Positions 13,496-28,159 of a stretch of DNA of 64,000 nucleotides are shown piece after piece. Below the pieces are notes generated by a model. That model was given only the letters and a program-made list of their open reading frames with translations, was not told where the DNA came from and did no database searches. The stretch is from Camelus ferus (Eukaryota): NCBI RefSeq assembly GCF_009834535.1, contig NC_045697.1:87050001-87114000 (forward strand), written 5' to 3'. The number at the start of each line of letters is the position of its first letter. Position 1 is the first letter of the stretch. Position numbers and translations under genes: made by a program.

Positions 13496-15989
13496 AAGCA
13501 ACTTTTAAAGTTGATCGGGCGTTCAGAAGAGACCTGGCTTCTGCAATCAGTTTAAGTTAAACCAATCATGTGTAGTATAAATAAAGCACAAATTGAGGGT
13601 ATCCTGTTTAATTTCTTTTCTATGAATAAGCAATGAGAAATGGAACTCTCAGTTCCAGATATATCAAGTGATACTTATCACCTTGTCTGTATTTCATACT
13701 GAGCTGAGAGAGATTAAAGACTCCAGATAAAACATTTTCTGGAGTTCTGATACTTTGAGTAAAGTATATTTTAAAAAGGAAGACTTAGATTTTGTTATAG
13801 TTGCTTTCATTCTTCATATGCCTGAGTATGCTATTCAGAAATTTCATGCGTAACTTTTATAATTCAATTCTGAGATCAAGATGCCCATGTTTCATGTTAC
13901 TTCTTTATATAATTAAGTATCTGTAGAGTAGATAGAAATCCTAAAAAGTATTATTACCCCTGTGATCAATTTAGGTTTAGTTTCTAATAATGGAACTTAA
14001 TTGCAGTCTCAAAAAATAACATAATTTAGTAGGCATTGAGTATGAAATTGTAAGCTTCCATATGTGTGGGGCAAGATGTCTGTTGATTGAATCTGGAGCA
14101 GATGGTTGGGAAGAGCATGAATTCAGAGTAATTGCTCTTGTCCAGAACTGATTATATCTGGATAGTGATGAGTGGCTTGAGGAGAACATGTCATATACTG
14201 GAAAGAATGTGTTGGATTAGGCTTGCCTGGGGCATTTTGCCTTTTCTCTTCACTGTGTCTTGTTTTCCATCTCAAAACTTTTGAGAGCATTAGAACATAA
14301 AGTAATGAAAACAAAATGACATTTAATTAGCTGCACCTGTTTTTTATTTCAGAGTTGTGTTTCTTAAGAACATTGAAGCATTGCTTCTGTTTTTGCTTAC
14401 ATTTTAAAAATTAACTTTAAATCTTAAATTTAGTAAGGAAAGGAAGTGCCATAGATTGTTTGCCCTGAGCTATATTCCTTGATGATGTACATGTCTCTAT
14501 TTCCTCCTCTAATTAATTGCTTACTTCTGGTTTTTTATAAATACATGTATTTTTAAAAATTTGGTTTCTTAGCATGGATTCTAGTGTGGCTTCATTAGGA
14601 ATGCTGATGTCTAATAATTTAAGCTTAGCATCATAGAATTTTAAAGCTGAAAAAATAATTTAAAGCAAACATATTTAAATCTTTCCAATTAATAAATGAG
14701 ATAACTGATGGCAAGAGGAGGTAGGTTTTATATAAAGGAACACCTAAGCTAGTGGCAGGTATAGGACCATGGAGGATTCGTTGCATTAATATGGTAGCTC
14801 CAGAGATCTTTAATTTTTTTGAACTCTGATATACATTTCACATTTAATTCATATAAATTCTGTACATTATTTTCAAGAATAGCATTTGTATAACATAGTG
14901 TACCTCTATATAAGTCTAGAATCATGGAACCTCATATTGGAAAAGATTCTGCAGGTCTTTGGTCTATGGCGGGGATTTCCAGGATCGCTTTTACGTTTAT
15001 ATGGCTTTTACAAATCTGTAGTCATCCCTATTTTCTTCACTTTCTGACAATCTGCCATACTTCATCTTCTCCATCTATCTACAAACAAATGAATAGAGTT
15101 GGATTTAGATTTATTTAAAACATGTTCTTTCATTTTTCTAAAAGTGAACTCTTCAAGGACAGAGATTTTTGTCTTTTATTGTCCTCCAGGGCTTCATAGT
15201 CTCTAAAATGAAGTATTACGTTCATTCTTGTCCCTAGACCTTTATGTATGGTCTTCCCTCTGTCGCAAATACTCCACTGCCTCTTTGGCTTCAGTTCCCA
15301 TGTTAGCAGTTTGACATCAACTCACTCTTCAAATCTAACTGCTTGAGCTTAGACACACATTTTAGTCTCTCTTAATTTGTGAAATAAAGGAATATACTAA
15401 ATGATTTCTGTGAAGGTTATGTAACTCTAAACTGTCACTAATCCTACTGAACTGAGTTAGATGTCCCTGACTTGTGTGTTTGTGCCACTTTGTTCTTTCC
15501 ATGTCATAATACTTGGCATAGTTTATAATAATTATTCATTGTTATGAGTCTTCTCTGTTAGACTGTTAGCACTATGAGAGGTTTATCTGCCTTCTTGTTC
15601 TTGTGTACTCTAACATGTAAGAGCTCAAGATGTTGTTGAATAAATTATGCGTAAGAGGTTCTCAGTGAGTATTTTGAATGAATGAATAGAATTGAAGAGT
15701 ACCTGTGAAAGAGTAGCTTGTAGTCAATGAATGCATCTTCTCAGTGATTTCATGAAACAATATTTTAATATTTACTTTGCTTTAATATGAATTGTATTGA
15801 ATTGGCAAGTAAGTAATACAGGTATGGAGTAGTGATTCTCTCACTAAGAACTGTTTTTTAAAAATACTGTCGGATTAATTCACATAAGGAATGCTTTTGT
15901 TTCTCCTCTAGTTTTGTTCTCCTTTGTTTATAGTGGCTTTGTTTATAGTTTTTTCCCTTTTACTTCACTTTTTTTGTATTCTATTTTTT

Positions 15990-18460
15990 AGTAAACTTCT
16001 TTCTGAAATATAACTTGTAGAAAAGTGTAAAACTATTAAGATCCATGAATTTTCCAGAATGAGTACACTCATGTAATCACCACTCAGATCAGGATATAAA
16101 GCATTTCTAGTGCCCTGGAACCTCCATCAGATTCTTTCCTGGCCAAGACTCCACACCTCAGCCTAAAAGGCAGCTACTCTTATGGCTTCTAACACCATAG
16201 ATTAGTTTGGCCATGGTGCATAAAAGTACATATTTCTGTTTGCTTTATATCTGGGAGTGAAATTATTGGGTTGTAGCATATGTGTATGTCCTTGATAGTA
16301 AATACTGCCATAAGTTTTCTGTAATGATTGTGTCAGTTAACTCTTCCACCAGTAATGTGTGGAAATTTCAGTTTCTCCTCAATCTTGTCAACATTTGGTG
16401 GGTTTTTAACAGTATTTCACTGTGGTTTTATTTCTCTGATGGCTGAGTTGAGTACCTTTTTATATATGTATTGTCCATTTGGATATCTTCCTTTGTGACA
16501 TACCTGTTCAATATCTATTCAATTTTTCTACTGTGTTGCTTTAAAAGAATAATAACTCTTTATAGTCTCTTTTGAGGAATAGAAGTTTGTAACTACAGAT
16601 ATTTATTATAACATATATAAATACAATGAATCCAGTTTATCATTGTTTTTCTTTGTGGAAAGTGGTTTTTATATCCTGTTTAAGAAGTCTGTCAATTCCA
16701 CTGTTATGAATATTTTATTTTACATTATCTTCTTTGATTCTGAAGATGCTTTATGAGCTCTCCTTTTATATTACCATCTATAATTAATTTACTTTTTTCC
16801 ATGTAGATAATTAGTTGTACCAGCACTAGCTGGTGAAATGACCATTCTTGTTCTGCAGCGTTACTTTGTCATAAATCAAAGTGTTTGGGTTTAATATCCG
16901 GTTCTATTTCACTGATCTCTTTGTCCTTGTGCCACCATACTATTGAAATGTCTTTAATCACTTCAGCCTTATTAAAAGACTTAACTTCTGGTATGTAAGT
17001 GCACCTTCTTTTTTCTTCTTCATCAAGTTTTTCTTAACTACTCTTGGCCCTTTGCAGTTGCTTAGAACATTAAAAATCAGCTTGCTCCCTCCCCTCAAAA
17101 TGGATTTAGGTTGAAATTATTAAATCTCTTGATCAATTTGGAGAGAATAAGAAAGTTAACATTTGCAATTTATGAACATGGTAGATCCCTTCATTTATTT
17201 TAAGTCTTTAATTTCTCTCAAAGTTTTATAGTTTTATGTGAAGAAGTCTTATATAATGTTCAGTAGATTTATTCTAAGGTATTTAAGTTCTTTTGAATGC
17301 AGTTATAAATGGAATCTTTTAAAATTTCACTTCATGATTGTTTTTGTTTGTATCTAGGAAAAATAAACTTTTGTGTACTGGCTTTATGACTACCTTGCTA
17401 AATTCACTTACCAATTTTAATATCGTGTGTATAGATTGAAGTTTTTTATGTATGAACCCATGTTACAGTTTTCGGTGTATGCAGTCTGCAATAATGAAAA
17501 TTTCATTTCATTCCTTTTAACCCCTGCACTTATTATTTCTTTTTCTTGCCTTACTGCAGTGGTTAAATCTTTAACATAGATTTAATAGAAGTGATAACAG
17601 TAGTTATACTTACCTCATTCTTGATCCTAGGCAGAAAATTTCTAATATTTTACTACTATGAGTTATATTTGCTCTCTTTTCTTGTAGCTAATATGATAGA
17701 GTAATGAAATTTCCATTTATTCCTAGTTTGATTTTATAATTAATGATAATTTTTATGACATTCCTTTTCTATGTCTATGGGATAATATTATTCCTTTTCT
17801 TTATTCTATTAATGTGGAGAATGATGATGATTGATTTTTCAAATGTTAAACCAACTTTACATTCCTGGAACATAGCCATCTTTTCACGATGTATAATCCT
17901 TTATATATTGGTATTTTTGCTGTTGTTTAGGATATTTGCAGTTACGTTTATGAGAGAGATCAGACTATAATTTTCTTTTCTTGTAATGTCCTTTTAGGAT
18001 TTGAGGAACAGGGTTATTTCTGGCCTCATGAATGAAGTTGGGAATTATTCTGGCCTCTTTTTTCTCTGCAAGAGTTTTTGTAAGCTTAGTGTTATATTCA
18101 TCCTTAAATACTTTGTAACATTTACCAGTAAAGCTAGCTATGCCTGAAATTTTCTTTGTGGGAAAGATTTTAATTACAGAATTAATTTATTTAATAGCTA
18201 TTGGAATATTTAATTATGTGCTTTTTTTGTTTATGTGTTAGTTTTGGTAAGCCTTTTTTTTCCCCTCCAAGTTTGTTTATTTCAGCTAAATTTTTGAATT
18301 ATTTGGGTTAAGGTTATTCTTAGTATCCTCATTATCCTTGCAATGGTCTGTAGGTTCTGTAATGATGTCTCCTTTTATACTCCTGATATTGGTAATATGT
18401 ATCTTTTCACACATATCTGTGATTGTCTTGCCAGAGATTTAACTCTGTTAGCCTTTTCAC
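15990..18460 (-). mobile_element. Old, highly diverged L1M: 3' UTR and 3' part of ORF2
   Basis: Antisense L1 motifs (gggagtgaaattattggg, ttgatcaatttggagagaat, tttatgagagagatcagactataattttc). No long ORF. Confidence 0.75.
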
Positions 18461-21400
18461 TTTAACACTATTAATTCTTCCAATCCATGAACATGGAATA
18501 GTATAGCTTTCCATTTGTTTGTGTCATCTTCAGTTTTTTCATCAATGTCATAGTTTTCCGAGTACATGTCTTTTACTTCCTGATTAGGTGTATTACTAGG
18601 TATTTTATTCTTTTTGATGCAATTGTAAATGGAATTGTTTTCTTAATTTCTCGTTCTGATAATTTGTTACTAGTGTATAGAAACACAACAGATACCTGTT
18701 TATTAATTTCATATTTTCCAACTTTACTGAATTCATTTACTAGTTCTATTAGTGTTTTGGTAGCATCTTTAGGATTTTGTATATAGAGTGTCAAGCCATG
18801 CACAGTGACAGTTTTACTTCTTCCTTTCCAATTTTGATTCTGTTTCTTTCTTTTTCTTGTCTGATTACCATGGCTAGAACTTCCAATATTATGTTGAATA
18901 AAAGTCGTGAGAGTGGGCATCTTTGTCCTGTTCCTGTTCTTAGAGTAAATGCTTTCAACTTTTCACCATTAAGAATGATGCTGGCTGTAGGTTTATCATA
19001 CATGGCCTTTATTATGTTGAGGTATGTTCCCTCTCTACCCATCTTGTTGAGAGTTTTTATCATACGTGGATGTTGAGTTTTGTCCAAAGCTTTTTCTGCA
19101 TCTATTGAGATGATCATGGTTTTTATTCTTCAGTTTGTTAATGTGGTGTATCACATTGATTGATTTGCAGATACTGAAAATTCCTTGCATCCCTGGGATA
19201 AATCCAAATTGATCATGGTGTATGATTCTTTTAATGTATTGTTGGAGTCAATTTGGCAGTATTTTGTTGAGGACTTTTGCTTCTATGTTCATCAGGGATA
19301 TTGTCTTAAAATTTTCTTTTTTTATAATGTCTTTGTTTGCTTTTGGTACCAGGGTAATGTTGGCCTTGTAGAGTGAGTTTGGAAGTGTTCCTTCCTTTTC
19401 AGTTGTTTGGAATAGTTTGAGAAGGATAAGTGTTAACTCTTCCTTAAATGTTTTATAGATTTCCCCTGTGAAGCCATCTTGTCCCAGACTTTTGATTTTT
19501 GGGAGTTTTTTGATTACTGATTCAGTTTTAGTACTAAATGATTAATTACCAGTCTGTTCAGATTTTCTGTTTCTTTCTTAATCAGTCTTGGGAAATTGTA
19601 TGTTTCTAGGAATTTATCCATTTCTTCTAGGTTGTTCCTTTTTTTATTGAGGTATAATCTCTTATAATCTCTAATGAATCTTTGTATTTCTTAGTGTTGG
19701 TTGTAGCTTCTCTTTTGTTTCTGATTTTATCAATTTTGGCCCTCTGTCTTTTTTTCCTGATGAGTCTGGGTAAAGCTTTGTCAATTTTGTTTATCTTTTC
19801 AGAGAAGAAGCTCTTCGTTTTATTGATCTTTCCTGTTTTTTTTTTTTTTTAGTTATTTCATTTATTTCTGCTCTGATCTTGTGATTTCTTTGGGTTTTAT
19901 TTGGGTTTTATTCATCCTTTTTCTAGTTCTTTTAGGTGTAAGTTTAGCTTATTTATTTGAGATTTTTTTTTCTTTCCTGAGGTAGGCTCATGTTGCTGTA
20001 AACTTCCCTCTTTAACTGTTTTGCTGTGTCCCATAGATTTTTGATCACTTTATTTTTATTGCCATTTATCTTCAGGGTTTTTTTTTTAAACTTCATTTTC
20101 AATTTCTTCCGTAACCCTTTTAGTTGCATATTATTTAGCCACTGTGGGGTTTTTTTTTTTTTTTTCCTTCCATTTTTTTCTTGTAGTTAATTTCTAGCCT
20201 CATAGCATTGTGGTAGGAAAAGATGCTAGAGTATGATTTCAACCTTAAATTTATTGAAACTTGTTTTGTGACCTAGCATGTTATCTGTTCTGGGAATGTT
20301 CCGTGTGTACTTGAAAAGAATGTGTATTCTGCGGTTTGGGAATGAAATACTGTATGTGTATATATGTATTTACACACACAAGTCCAGCTGCTTTAGTGTC
20401 TCATTTAAGGAAGTGTTTCCTTACTGATTTTCTGTTTAGATGATCTGTCTGTTTGATGTAAGTGGCTGTTAAAATCCCCTGCTGTTACTGTGTTACTATC
20501 AATTTCTTTATTTATGCTTGCTAATATTTACTTTATGTATTTAGGTTCTCATATATTGGATGCATATACATTTACAATTATTAGTCATCTTTTTGTTGGA
20601 TTGATCCTTTTATCATTATGTAATATCTCCCCTTTTCTCTTTTTGCAGTTTTTATTTTAAAGTCTTTTTTTGTCTAAGCAGTGCTACCTCAGCTTTCTTT
20701 TCATTTCCAGTTACATGAAATATTTTTTTCCATCTACTCACTTTCAGTCTGTGTGTCTTAGATCTGAAGTGAGTCTCTTGTAGGGCAGGCTATGTAGGGT
20801 TTTTTGTTTTGTTTTTTTTTTTAGTATTATTCATTTAGCCACTCTGTGTTTTTTAATTGGCATATTTAGTCCTTTTAAATTTAAATTAATTATTGATAGG
20901 TATACACTTGTTGCTGTTTTATTTATTGCTTTCTGGGTTTGTTTGTTTGTTTTTAGGTCTTTTTTGTTCCTTTCTTCTTTTTGCTCTCTTTCCTGGAGAT
21001 TTGATGAGTATCTTTAGTGTTATGCTTGAATTCCTTTTTCTTTTCATTTGCTTTTTGGTGTGTATCTATTACAGTTTTTTGATTTGTAGTTATCATGAGG
21101 TTTATATATGGCAACTGATTTATATATGTGATTATTTTAAGTTGATGATCTCTTATGATTTTCTTGTGTATTTCTTATATATTCTAAAAACCATACGTTT
21201 TTGCTCACATCCCCACATTTAATGTTTTTGACATCGTATTTTACCTATTTTTGTTTTGTGTATCCCTTAACTACTTACTGTGGATATAGATGATTTTAAT
21301 ACTTTTGTCTTTTACCTTTCCTACTAGCATTATTAGTGACTCATCTATTCCCTTTACTTTTTATTTGTCTTTACTGTTGAGATTTTTCCTTTCATAATTT

Positions 21401-23700
21401 TTATGTTTCTAACTGAGGTCTTTTTGCTTAGAGAAATTCTTTTAACCTTTCTTGTAAAGCCAGTTTAGTGATGCTGAACTCTTAGCTTTTGCTTATCTGT
21501 AAACTTCTTTATCTTTCTTCATATCTGAATGATAGCCATCTTGAGTAGAGTATTCTTGGTTGTATGTTCCCTTTCATCTCTTTGAATATATCATGCCACT
21601 CCCTTTTCTGGCCTGCAAATTTTCTACTGAAAAGTCAGCCTATAATTTTATGGAACTTCCATTGTTCATAACTAGTTGCTATTTTCTTGCTGCTTTTAAG
21701 ATTCTTTAATTTTTGCCTTTTCCATTATAATGTGTCTTGGTGTGGTCCTCTTTGGGTTCATCTTGTTTGGAACTCTTTGTGCTTCCTTGACGTGGATGTC
21801 TCTTTCCTTTCCTAGGTTAGTGAAGTTTTTAGCTATTATTTATTGAAATAAGTTCTCTGCTTCTTTCTCTCTTCTTTTGAGACCCCTGTCATGTGAATAT
21901 TAGTATGCCTGTTGTTGTCTCATAGGTCTTTTAAAACTACCCTTATTCAATTCTTTTTACTTTATTTCTGTTTAGCTTGAGTGATTTCACTACTCTGTCT
22001 TCCAGTTTGCTGATCAATTTTTTAGTATTGTGTAGCAATCTACTGTTGATTGCTTCTCGCAAATCTTTTACTTATTGTATTCTTTTTTTTTTTAGTTGAA
22101 GTATAGTTATTTACAATATTGTGTTAATTTCAGGTGTATAGCATAGTGATTCAGTGTTTTTTGCAGGTTATATCCTGTTATAGGTTATTGCAGGATAATG
22201 TGTATAATTCCTTGTGCTATATAGTAAATCACTGTTGCTCATCTGTTTTATATATAGAAGTTTGTATCTGTTAATCCCATACCCCTGGTTTGTCCCACCC
22301 TACCTCCCTATCCCCTTTAGTAATCACAAGTTTGTTTTCTATTCCTGAATCTCTTTCTGTTTTGTATATACATTCATTTGTATTATTTTTTAGTTTCTAC
22401 ATATAAGTGATATAGTATTTGTCTTTCTCTGTCTGATTTGCTTCACCAAGCATAATATTTTCTAGGTACATCCATGTTGCTGCAGATGGCAGTGTTTTGT
22501 TCTTTTTTATAGTTAAGTATATTCCATTGTGTGTGTATGTATATACACACACCCCATGTCTTCTTAATCCAGTCTTCTCTTGATGGGCACTTGAATTGTT
22601 TCCATGTCTTAGCTGTCATAAATAGTGCTACTGTGAACATTAGAGTGCATGTATCCTTTTGGATTAGTGTTTTCATTTTTTTCTGGGTATATACTCAGGA
22701 GTGGAATTGCTGGATCATATGAAAGTTGTTTTTAGTGTTTTAAGGAACCTGCATACTGTTTTCCACTGGCTGCACAAATTTACATCCCCACCAGCAGAGT
22801 ATGAGGGTTCTCTTTTCTCCACACCCTGACCAACATTTGTTATTTATAGACTTTTTGATGATAGCCATTCTGACAAATGTGAGGTAACACCTCATTGTGG
22901 TTTTGACTTGCATTTCTCTAATAGTTAGTGATGTTGAGCACCTTTTCATATGCCTGTTGGCTGTCTTTATGTCTTCTTTGGAAAAATGTATATTCAAATC
23001 TGCTGCCCATTTTTTAACCTGCTTGTTTGTTTTTCTCAGTGTTAACTTGTATGAGCTATTTGTATATTTTGGATATTACTAGTTATTTCATTTTTTAGTT
23101 CTATTTGGTTCTTCAGTATATTTTCTCTTTGTTAAAATTTTTACTCTGTTCATCCATTCTATTCCTGAGTTTATTGAGCATCTTTATGATTATTACCTTG
23201 ACCTCTTTATTGGGAAGATTTCTTATCTCCCCTTGGTTTATTTCTCCTGGTATTTTGTCTTGTTCCTTTATTTGGAACGTACTCCTCTGTCTCCTCATTT
23301 TCCCAAATTTGCTCTTTTTTTCTGCGTATTAAGTAGGTTGGTTATGTTTGCCAGTTTTGGAGAAGAGGCCTCATGTAGGAGACGTTCTTTGGTGCCTGGT
23401 AGCACACTCCCCTCTGGTCACTAGAGCTGTATATTTTAGGGCATGCCTGCTGTGTAGGCTGCATGGGACACATCTGTCCTCCCATTTGTAGGTCACCCAC
23501 GTAGGTGTACGGGTCTTGACTATGTTGCATCTCTGTCCCTCCTACTGTCTCATAGTTTCATAATTCCCTTTTAATATCTTTAGTTGTGGAAATCTTTTCT
23601 GCTAATTTTCAAGTTGTTCTCATAGATAGTTGCTTTGCAAACAGTTGTAATTTTGGTATGCTTGTAGGAGGAGGTAAGCTCAGGGTGTTCCTACTCTGCC
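18461..23700 (-). mobile_element. L1 (mid ORF2 through endonuclease region, ORF1 and 5' end), interrupted by a younger L1 at 22082-23080
   Basis: RT peptides [13 protein letters not shown]...[21 protein letters not shown] (18791-19117). ORF1 N-terminus-like peptide MRRQRSTFQIKEQDK... (23113-23298). Confidence 0.85.
22082..23080 (-). mobile_element. 5'-truncated L1 3' end nested in the older L1
   Basis: Poly-T at about 22084, then 3' UTR and ORF2 C-terminal peptides ([33 protein letters not shown]). Confidence 0.88.
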
Positions 23701-24345
23701 ATCCTTGCTACACCCCCCCTAGTATTTCTTAACTTTTGGAAACTCTAGGCTTCTTAATTCTTTTTCCTTTTCTGTTTCCTCTGGGAATTACTGCTGTTTT
23801 CTTGCTATCCTCATAGATGTGGAGTTTTTGCCCAGCTTTAAGTTCAGTAGTTTGTATTTGAACTTGTAGAGGTTATGCTGTTTTATAAATATACGTTTAT
23901 ATTATAGTATTATGTATACTTTTTAAAACCATATATTGCCTGCCCTTTCCAAACCCCTTTCTCAAATGAAAATAATTGGTCTCCTTTATTGCCAAATTTT
24001 ATGCCTCATGATGTAAATATGGTGGGAAAATTATTACACCACTTCCTTTGTTTCAGTTTTTAGTGTATAGGTACCAATAAGAGTAAGCTATCTGGTCAAA
24101 CTTAGAAATATTGACAAAATTGCCAGATTTGAAACATGAAGTAGTTCCTTTGGTCTTTTGATTACTTCCATTTATGTAAAGAGTTTTTGAGAACTGTTTA
24201 AATTCTTTCAGGCCACCAAGGTACTGTTTAAGGCACAGTGCCTTATTTCTGAAACTTTATTTATTTAGTTTTTTATACTCTGGTACTAATTAACTAAAAG
24301 GTGTGTTGGGCAGCGAAACAGTCTAATTTAAAATCTTTATTTTCA

Positions 24346-24735
24346 TGTCAAGAGCTGTGAAGGGCTTGAGATTTTTACCCAACTTGTAAGCTATCAAGTT
24401 TCACAAGTGCTTGCAGAAGATGCAGTATTCCTGGGTCAGAGTTAAAGGACAGACTATTACTTTAGCAACAGAAATAGCCAGAGCAGCAGCATTTGCTCCA
24501 CTCTAAGAGTCTCAGTATTTACAGCATTACAGGGGGAGAACTCTCAGCATAGGGAGGGTATGCTGTAATGGGCAGTAAGCATGTTTGCCCTTTGCTTTGG
24601 CAGGAGACACTCTGTCTTCCTCTATCTTCCTGTGTACAAACATCCTTGAAAAGATGGTTTGTAACAGAGTCAGTTAGTGCTTGTGCTGGAAAGATAAGCA
24701 GAAACATGAATGGCCTGAAGAATTATCTTTCAACA
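24346..24735 (-). mobile_element. Solo LTR of ERVL type (LTR40-like, family from recall)
   Basis: TG...CA termini. tgtcaagagctgtgaagggcttgagatttttaccc...cctgggtcagagttaaaggac resembles ERVL LTR consensus. Confidence 0.6.
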
Positions 24736-26318
24736 TTTTTGGAAGGCAAAAAACCAAATGGGCATTTGTAAGATAGACTTATATAAGTGACTTATAAAGA
24801 TTTTAGATTGTAGAGAAAAGCCTAAGAAAATTTCCCAAGAAAATAGTGATGTTTTTACACATATCCTCAACTTCCTCTTTTGTAGCTTTTTTTCCAGTTA
24901 GCCTGCTATCTCAAATACCTCTGTGAATATTAGACTTACACTGATAGTTTTCCTTGGGAAAGATCACTATGGATCTATTTTCTGAGTGTCGTTCTACTAT
25001 TCACTGTTTTTTCTTAGTAGTCAAAGATATGCAACCCTCTCTGTTTGGGGGAATTTATACCTGCATTCCTTGCATCAGTGCTTCTGTTTCAAAGTTCAAA
25101 CAAATGAAAGCAAGTAAAATGGCAATTATGTTATCATTTTCATTTAGTAAAAATTCATTGAGGCATAACATTTTAGACAAAAGATGTTAAAAGTGATGGA
25201 ACTAGCTGTTGTCCCAGGGCAAGTTCACATATTCAGGCTGGATTTCTAAGTCTCTGAGGCTAAAATTCTTCAAATGGGACTTCATTGTGCACTAGAACAC
25301 AAGTATAGCACTTCACTGAAAAAGACCCTAAGGCAAAGAGCACATAGGGACTTTGCTGCCCTCTAGACTGGAGGTCTTTGTCACAGATCAATAGGCTCCA
25401 AATCTGGTAATTTAGGTGTGGGTGGAGGGGGTTGGACATTCACTCCTGTCAGTGTTTAAACTCCAAGCAAATAGCAAAGACAAAGAACCTAGTATCTTTA
25501 ACTTCCTAGATCAGCGTTACCTCTTTTCATTTGTTTTGGATCTTTCTAAATTTGACTTGATTGGCCATCTTTTTGTCTTTGTATTTTGCTGTTCTGATTC
25601 TACTTCTCTATCTCTGCCTATTAATTCTCTCTTTTTTTAAACCATTGTTTATTCTTAAGCTCCTCAGATAATAAGGTTTCCTAAGATTGAGTCTTCAGCC
25701 TTCATTCTTCCATCCCTCATCCCTCCCTAGCTTCCCTTGTACAGGTCTCTTCAATGTCTATAATGTAAGCTCTTGTGTGTATGTGCATAACTCTGAAGTT
25801 TGATTCTCTCTTGAGTTCCAAAACCACATTTCCAACTGCAGGCTAAGTATTTCCTTCAAGATGTTCTGCCATTACCTTACAAAATTTAACTTTGGTTTGT
25901 TAACAAAAGGTATGAGGCAAAAGAAATGTTCTTATTTTAATATTTTGCTCTTTTCAGAGAAATTCCCTAAATTATTTTGATAAAGCGTTATGGTCTTTTT
26001 TGTGGATGTTCTTTTATAAGTTTTATTTCACATTTGTAAATACCTGTCTTTCCATGTTTCACATCAGTTTGTCATATTTTCACCGTCAAAACTAAGCATT
26101 TGGATTTTTGCCTTCATCCCCTATATTATTTTCATCTACCTCTCTACCTTCTTACTGCTATCCACACAAACCCCCACACCTACACACAAAAGCACACAAA
26201 ATTTTAAATGCTACAACATGAATTAGGTTTGGACTTTTTGTTATTATTTTTATCAGTAATGTTTCAGTCTGTATTTGTGAGGTAGAAGATAAAGCTTGTT
26301 TTACTTTTCTTTTTGTAG

Positions 26319-26473
26319 GTCTCTATGCCTTGCGGAGAGTCTTGAGGAAACAGCCTAACCTCCCTGACAGCAAGGTGGCTGGATTGGTGAAGGTTACTCT
26401 GAAAGATTTTTTGCAGGGGATGAATGACATCAGGCCCAGTGCCATGAGGGAGGTAGCAATTGATGTCCCAAAT
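26319..26473 (+). CDS. AFG2A: AFG2A/SPATA5 exon, 155 nt: (G)[51 protein letters not shown]
   Basis: Polypyrimidine tract plus tag ends at 26318, donor GTAAGT at 26474. PSAMRE D1-D2 linker of the Cdc48/AFG2 family. Phase 1 to phase 0. Confidence 0.96.
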
Positions 26474-26574
26474 GTAAGTATTTGTACCCTCATACTAGCC
26501 ATACTGTTTGAATTAAACTCTGAAAGAAACTGAAAGTCCAGGGAAACTACCTTCCTAAGCTAAACTTAAGAAAA

Positions 26575-27300
26575 AAATTTTTAATTGAAATTTTTATGGA
26601 GATAATTGTAGATTCAGTACAGTTGCAAGAAGTACTTTAGGGAGATCCTGTGTGTCCTTTACCCAATTTCCCACAAAGGTAACATTTGCAAAACTCTTGT
26701 ACAATATCACAAGCAGGATACTCATTCTGATAGAATCACCAATCTTATTCAGATTTTCCCAGTATTACTTGTACTCATCTGTGTGTGTATGTATGTGTGT
26801 GTGTCTGTATTTAGTTCTGTGCAGTTTTATTACAAGTAAAGGCTTGTGTATCCATCATCGGTATCAAGATACAGAGGAGTTCCATCGGCACAGTGATCTC
26901 TTGCTTTGCTCTTAACTATACCCACCTTGTTCCTGTCTCATTTCTTAAATTCTGTCATTTCAGAAATGTTATATAAATGGAATTATACAGTATGCAACTA
27001 ACTGGGATTAGTTTGTTGTTGTTGTTAATTTAGTGTAATTCCCTGGAGAGTCATTCAAATCATTATGCATTAATAGTTTGTTCTTTTCTGTTGCTGAGTA
27101 ATACTCCATGGTATGTATTCACATGTTGAAGGACATCTGGGCTGTTTCAATTTGGGGCTAATATGAATAAAGCTGCTGTGAACATTTATGTACAGGTATC
27201 ATGTGAGTATAAATTTTTCCTCTTTTGGAACAAATGCCTATGAGTGCAGTTACTAGATTTAATACTAATTCCATGTTTAGTTTTACAAGAAAATGTCAAC
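26575..27300 (-). mobile_element. L1MB/L1MC-type 3' end
   Basis: gagataattgtagattca...cctttacccaatttccc...atgaataaagctgctgtgaacatt. Confidence 0.75.
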
Positions 27301-27683
27301 AAGACTAATTTTAGAACAAAAAAACTTCTAGTTATGATATTTTCTACTAATGATGCCTGGTATTTCCTGGGGTTCTTTTACGTACACTACATCATTGACT
27401 GTCTTTGCAAAGTTCTCAGTCAAATCACGACAGGGGCAACAAAAGCTACTTTTTAATGCATGGACTACCTATTATATCACTTATGACCCACGTGGGCCTG
27501 ATATTCAGGAACAAAAATAGGCCTTTGAATATATTAATGTATTTAGAAAATGAACATTGAAACAAGCATTGGCAGTGTGTCCTGCACTATATATAATATG
27601 CTAATAGATATTATGAAGTATCAAAAGAGAGCTGTTATTTAAATTTATTTCACCATAGAGCAGAGAGTTTCTGTATTTTGCAG

Positions 27684-28159
27684 TGTGGTAGACTGCAAAA
27701 AATGACCACGGATTCTTCCTATCACTGTGTTTGTCACTTTGCGCTGCAGTGTTGTAGCTCCTACTATAAAAGACTCAGAGTCAAGTATTCCACCCTTGAA
27801 TCTGCACTTGGCCATGTAACTTGCTTTGGCCAATAGGGCATTGGTAGTCATAATGCAAGCAGGCTTGAAAGTGCTTAGTGCTTGCCTTCTCTTGTTGATC
27901 TTTGACCTTGCTTTGTTAAGAAATCTGTACTAACTTCCTGAAGATGAGGGACTGTGTGGAGCAGAGATGAGCCTGCCTAGTTGAGATCCATCACAAATTG
28001 TCAGACATGGGATGCCATGCTAGACCACCCCATCCCAGTCGAAGTTTGCCTATATCAGAGGAAACCACCTAGTTAACCCTTGGAATTGTCAGAGATAATA
28101 AATGTCTGTTGTTGTGAGCAGCTAAATTTGTGAGTAATTAGCAAAAGCTAAGTGAAGCA
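27684..28159 (+). mobile_element. MLT1 (MaLR) solo LTR
   Basis: Starts tgtggtagactg. Core ccacccttgaatctg...acttgctttggccaatag. AATAAA near 28097. Ends in CA. Confidence 0.8.
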
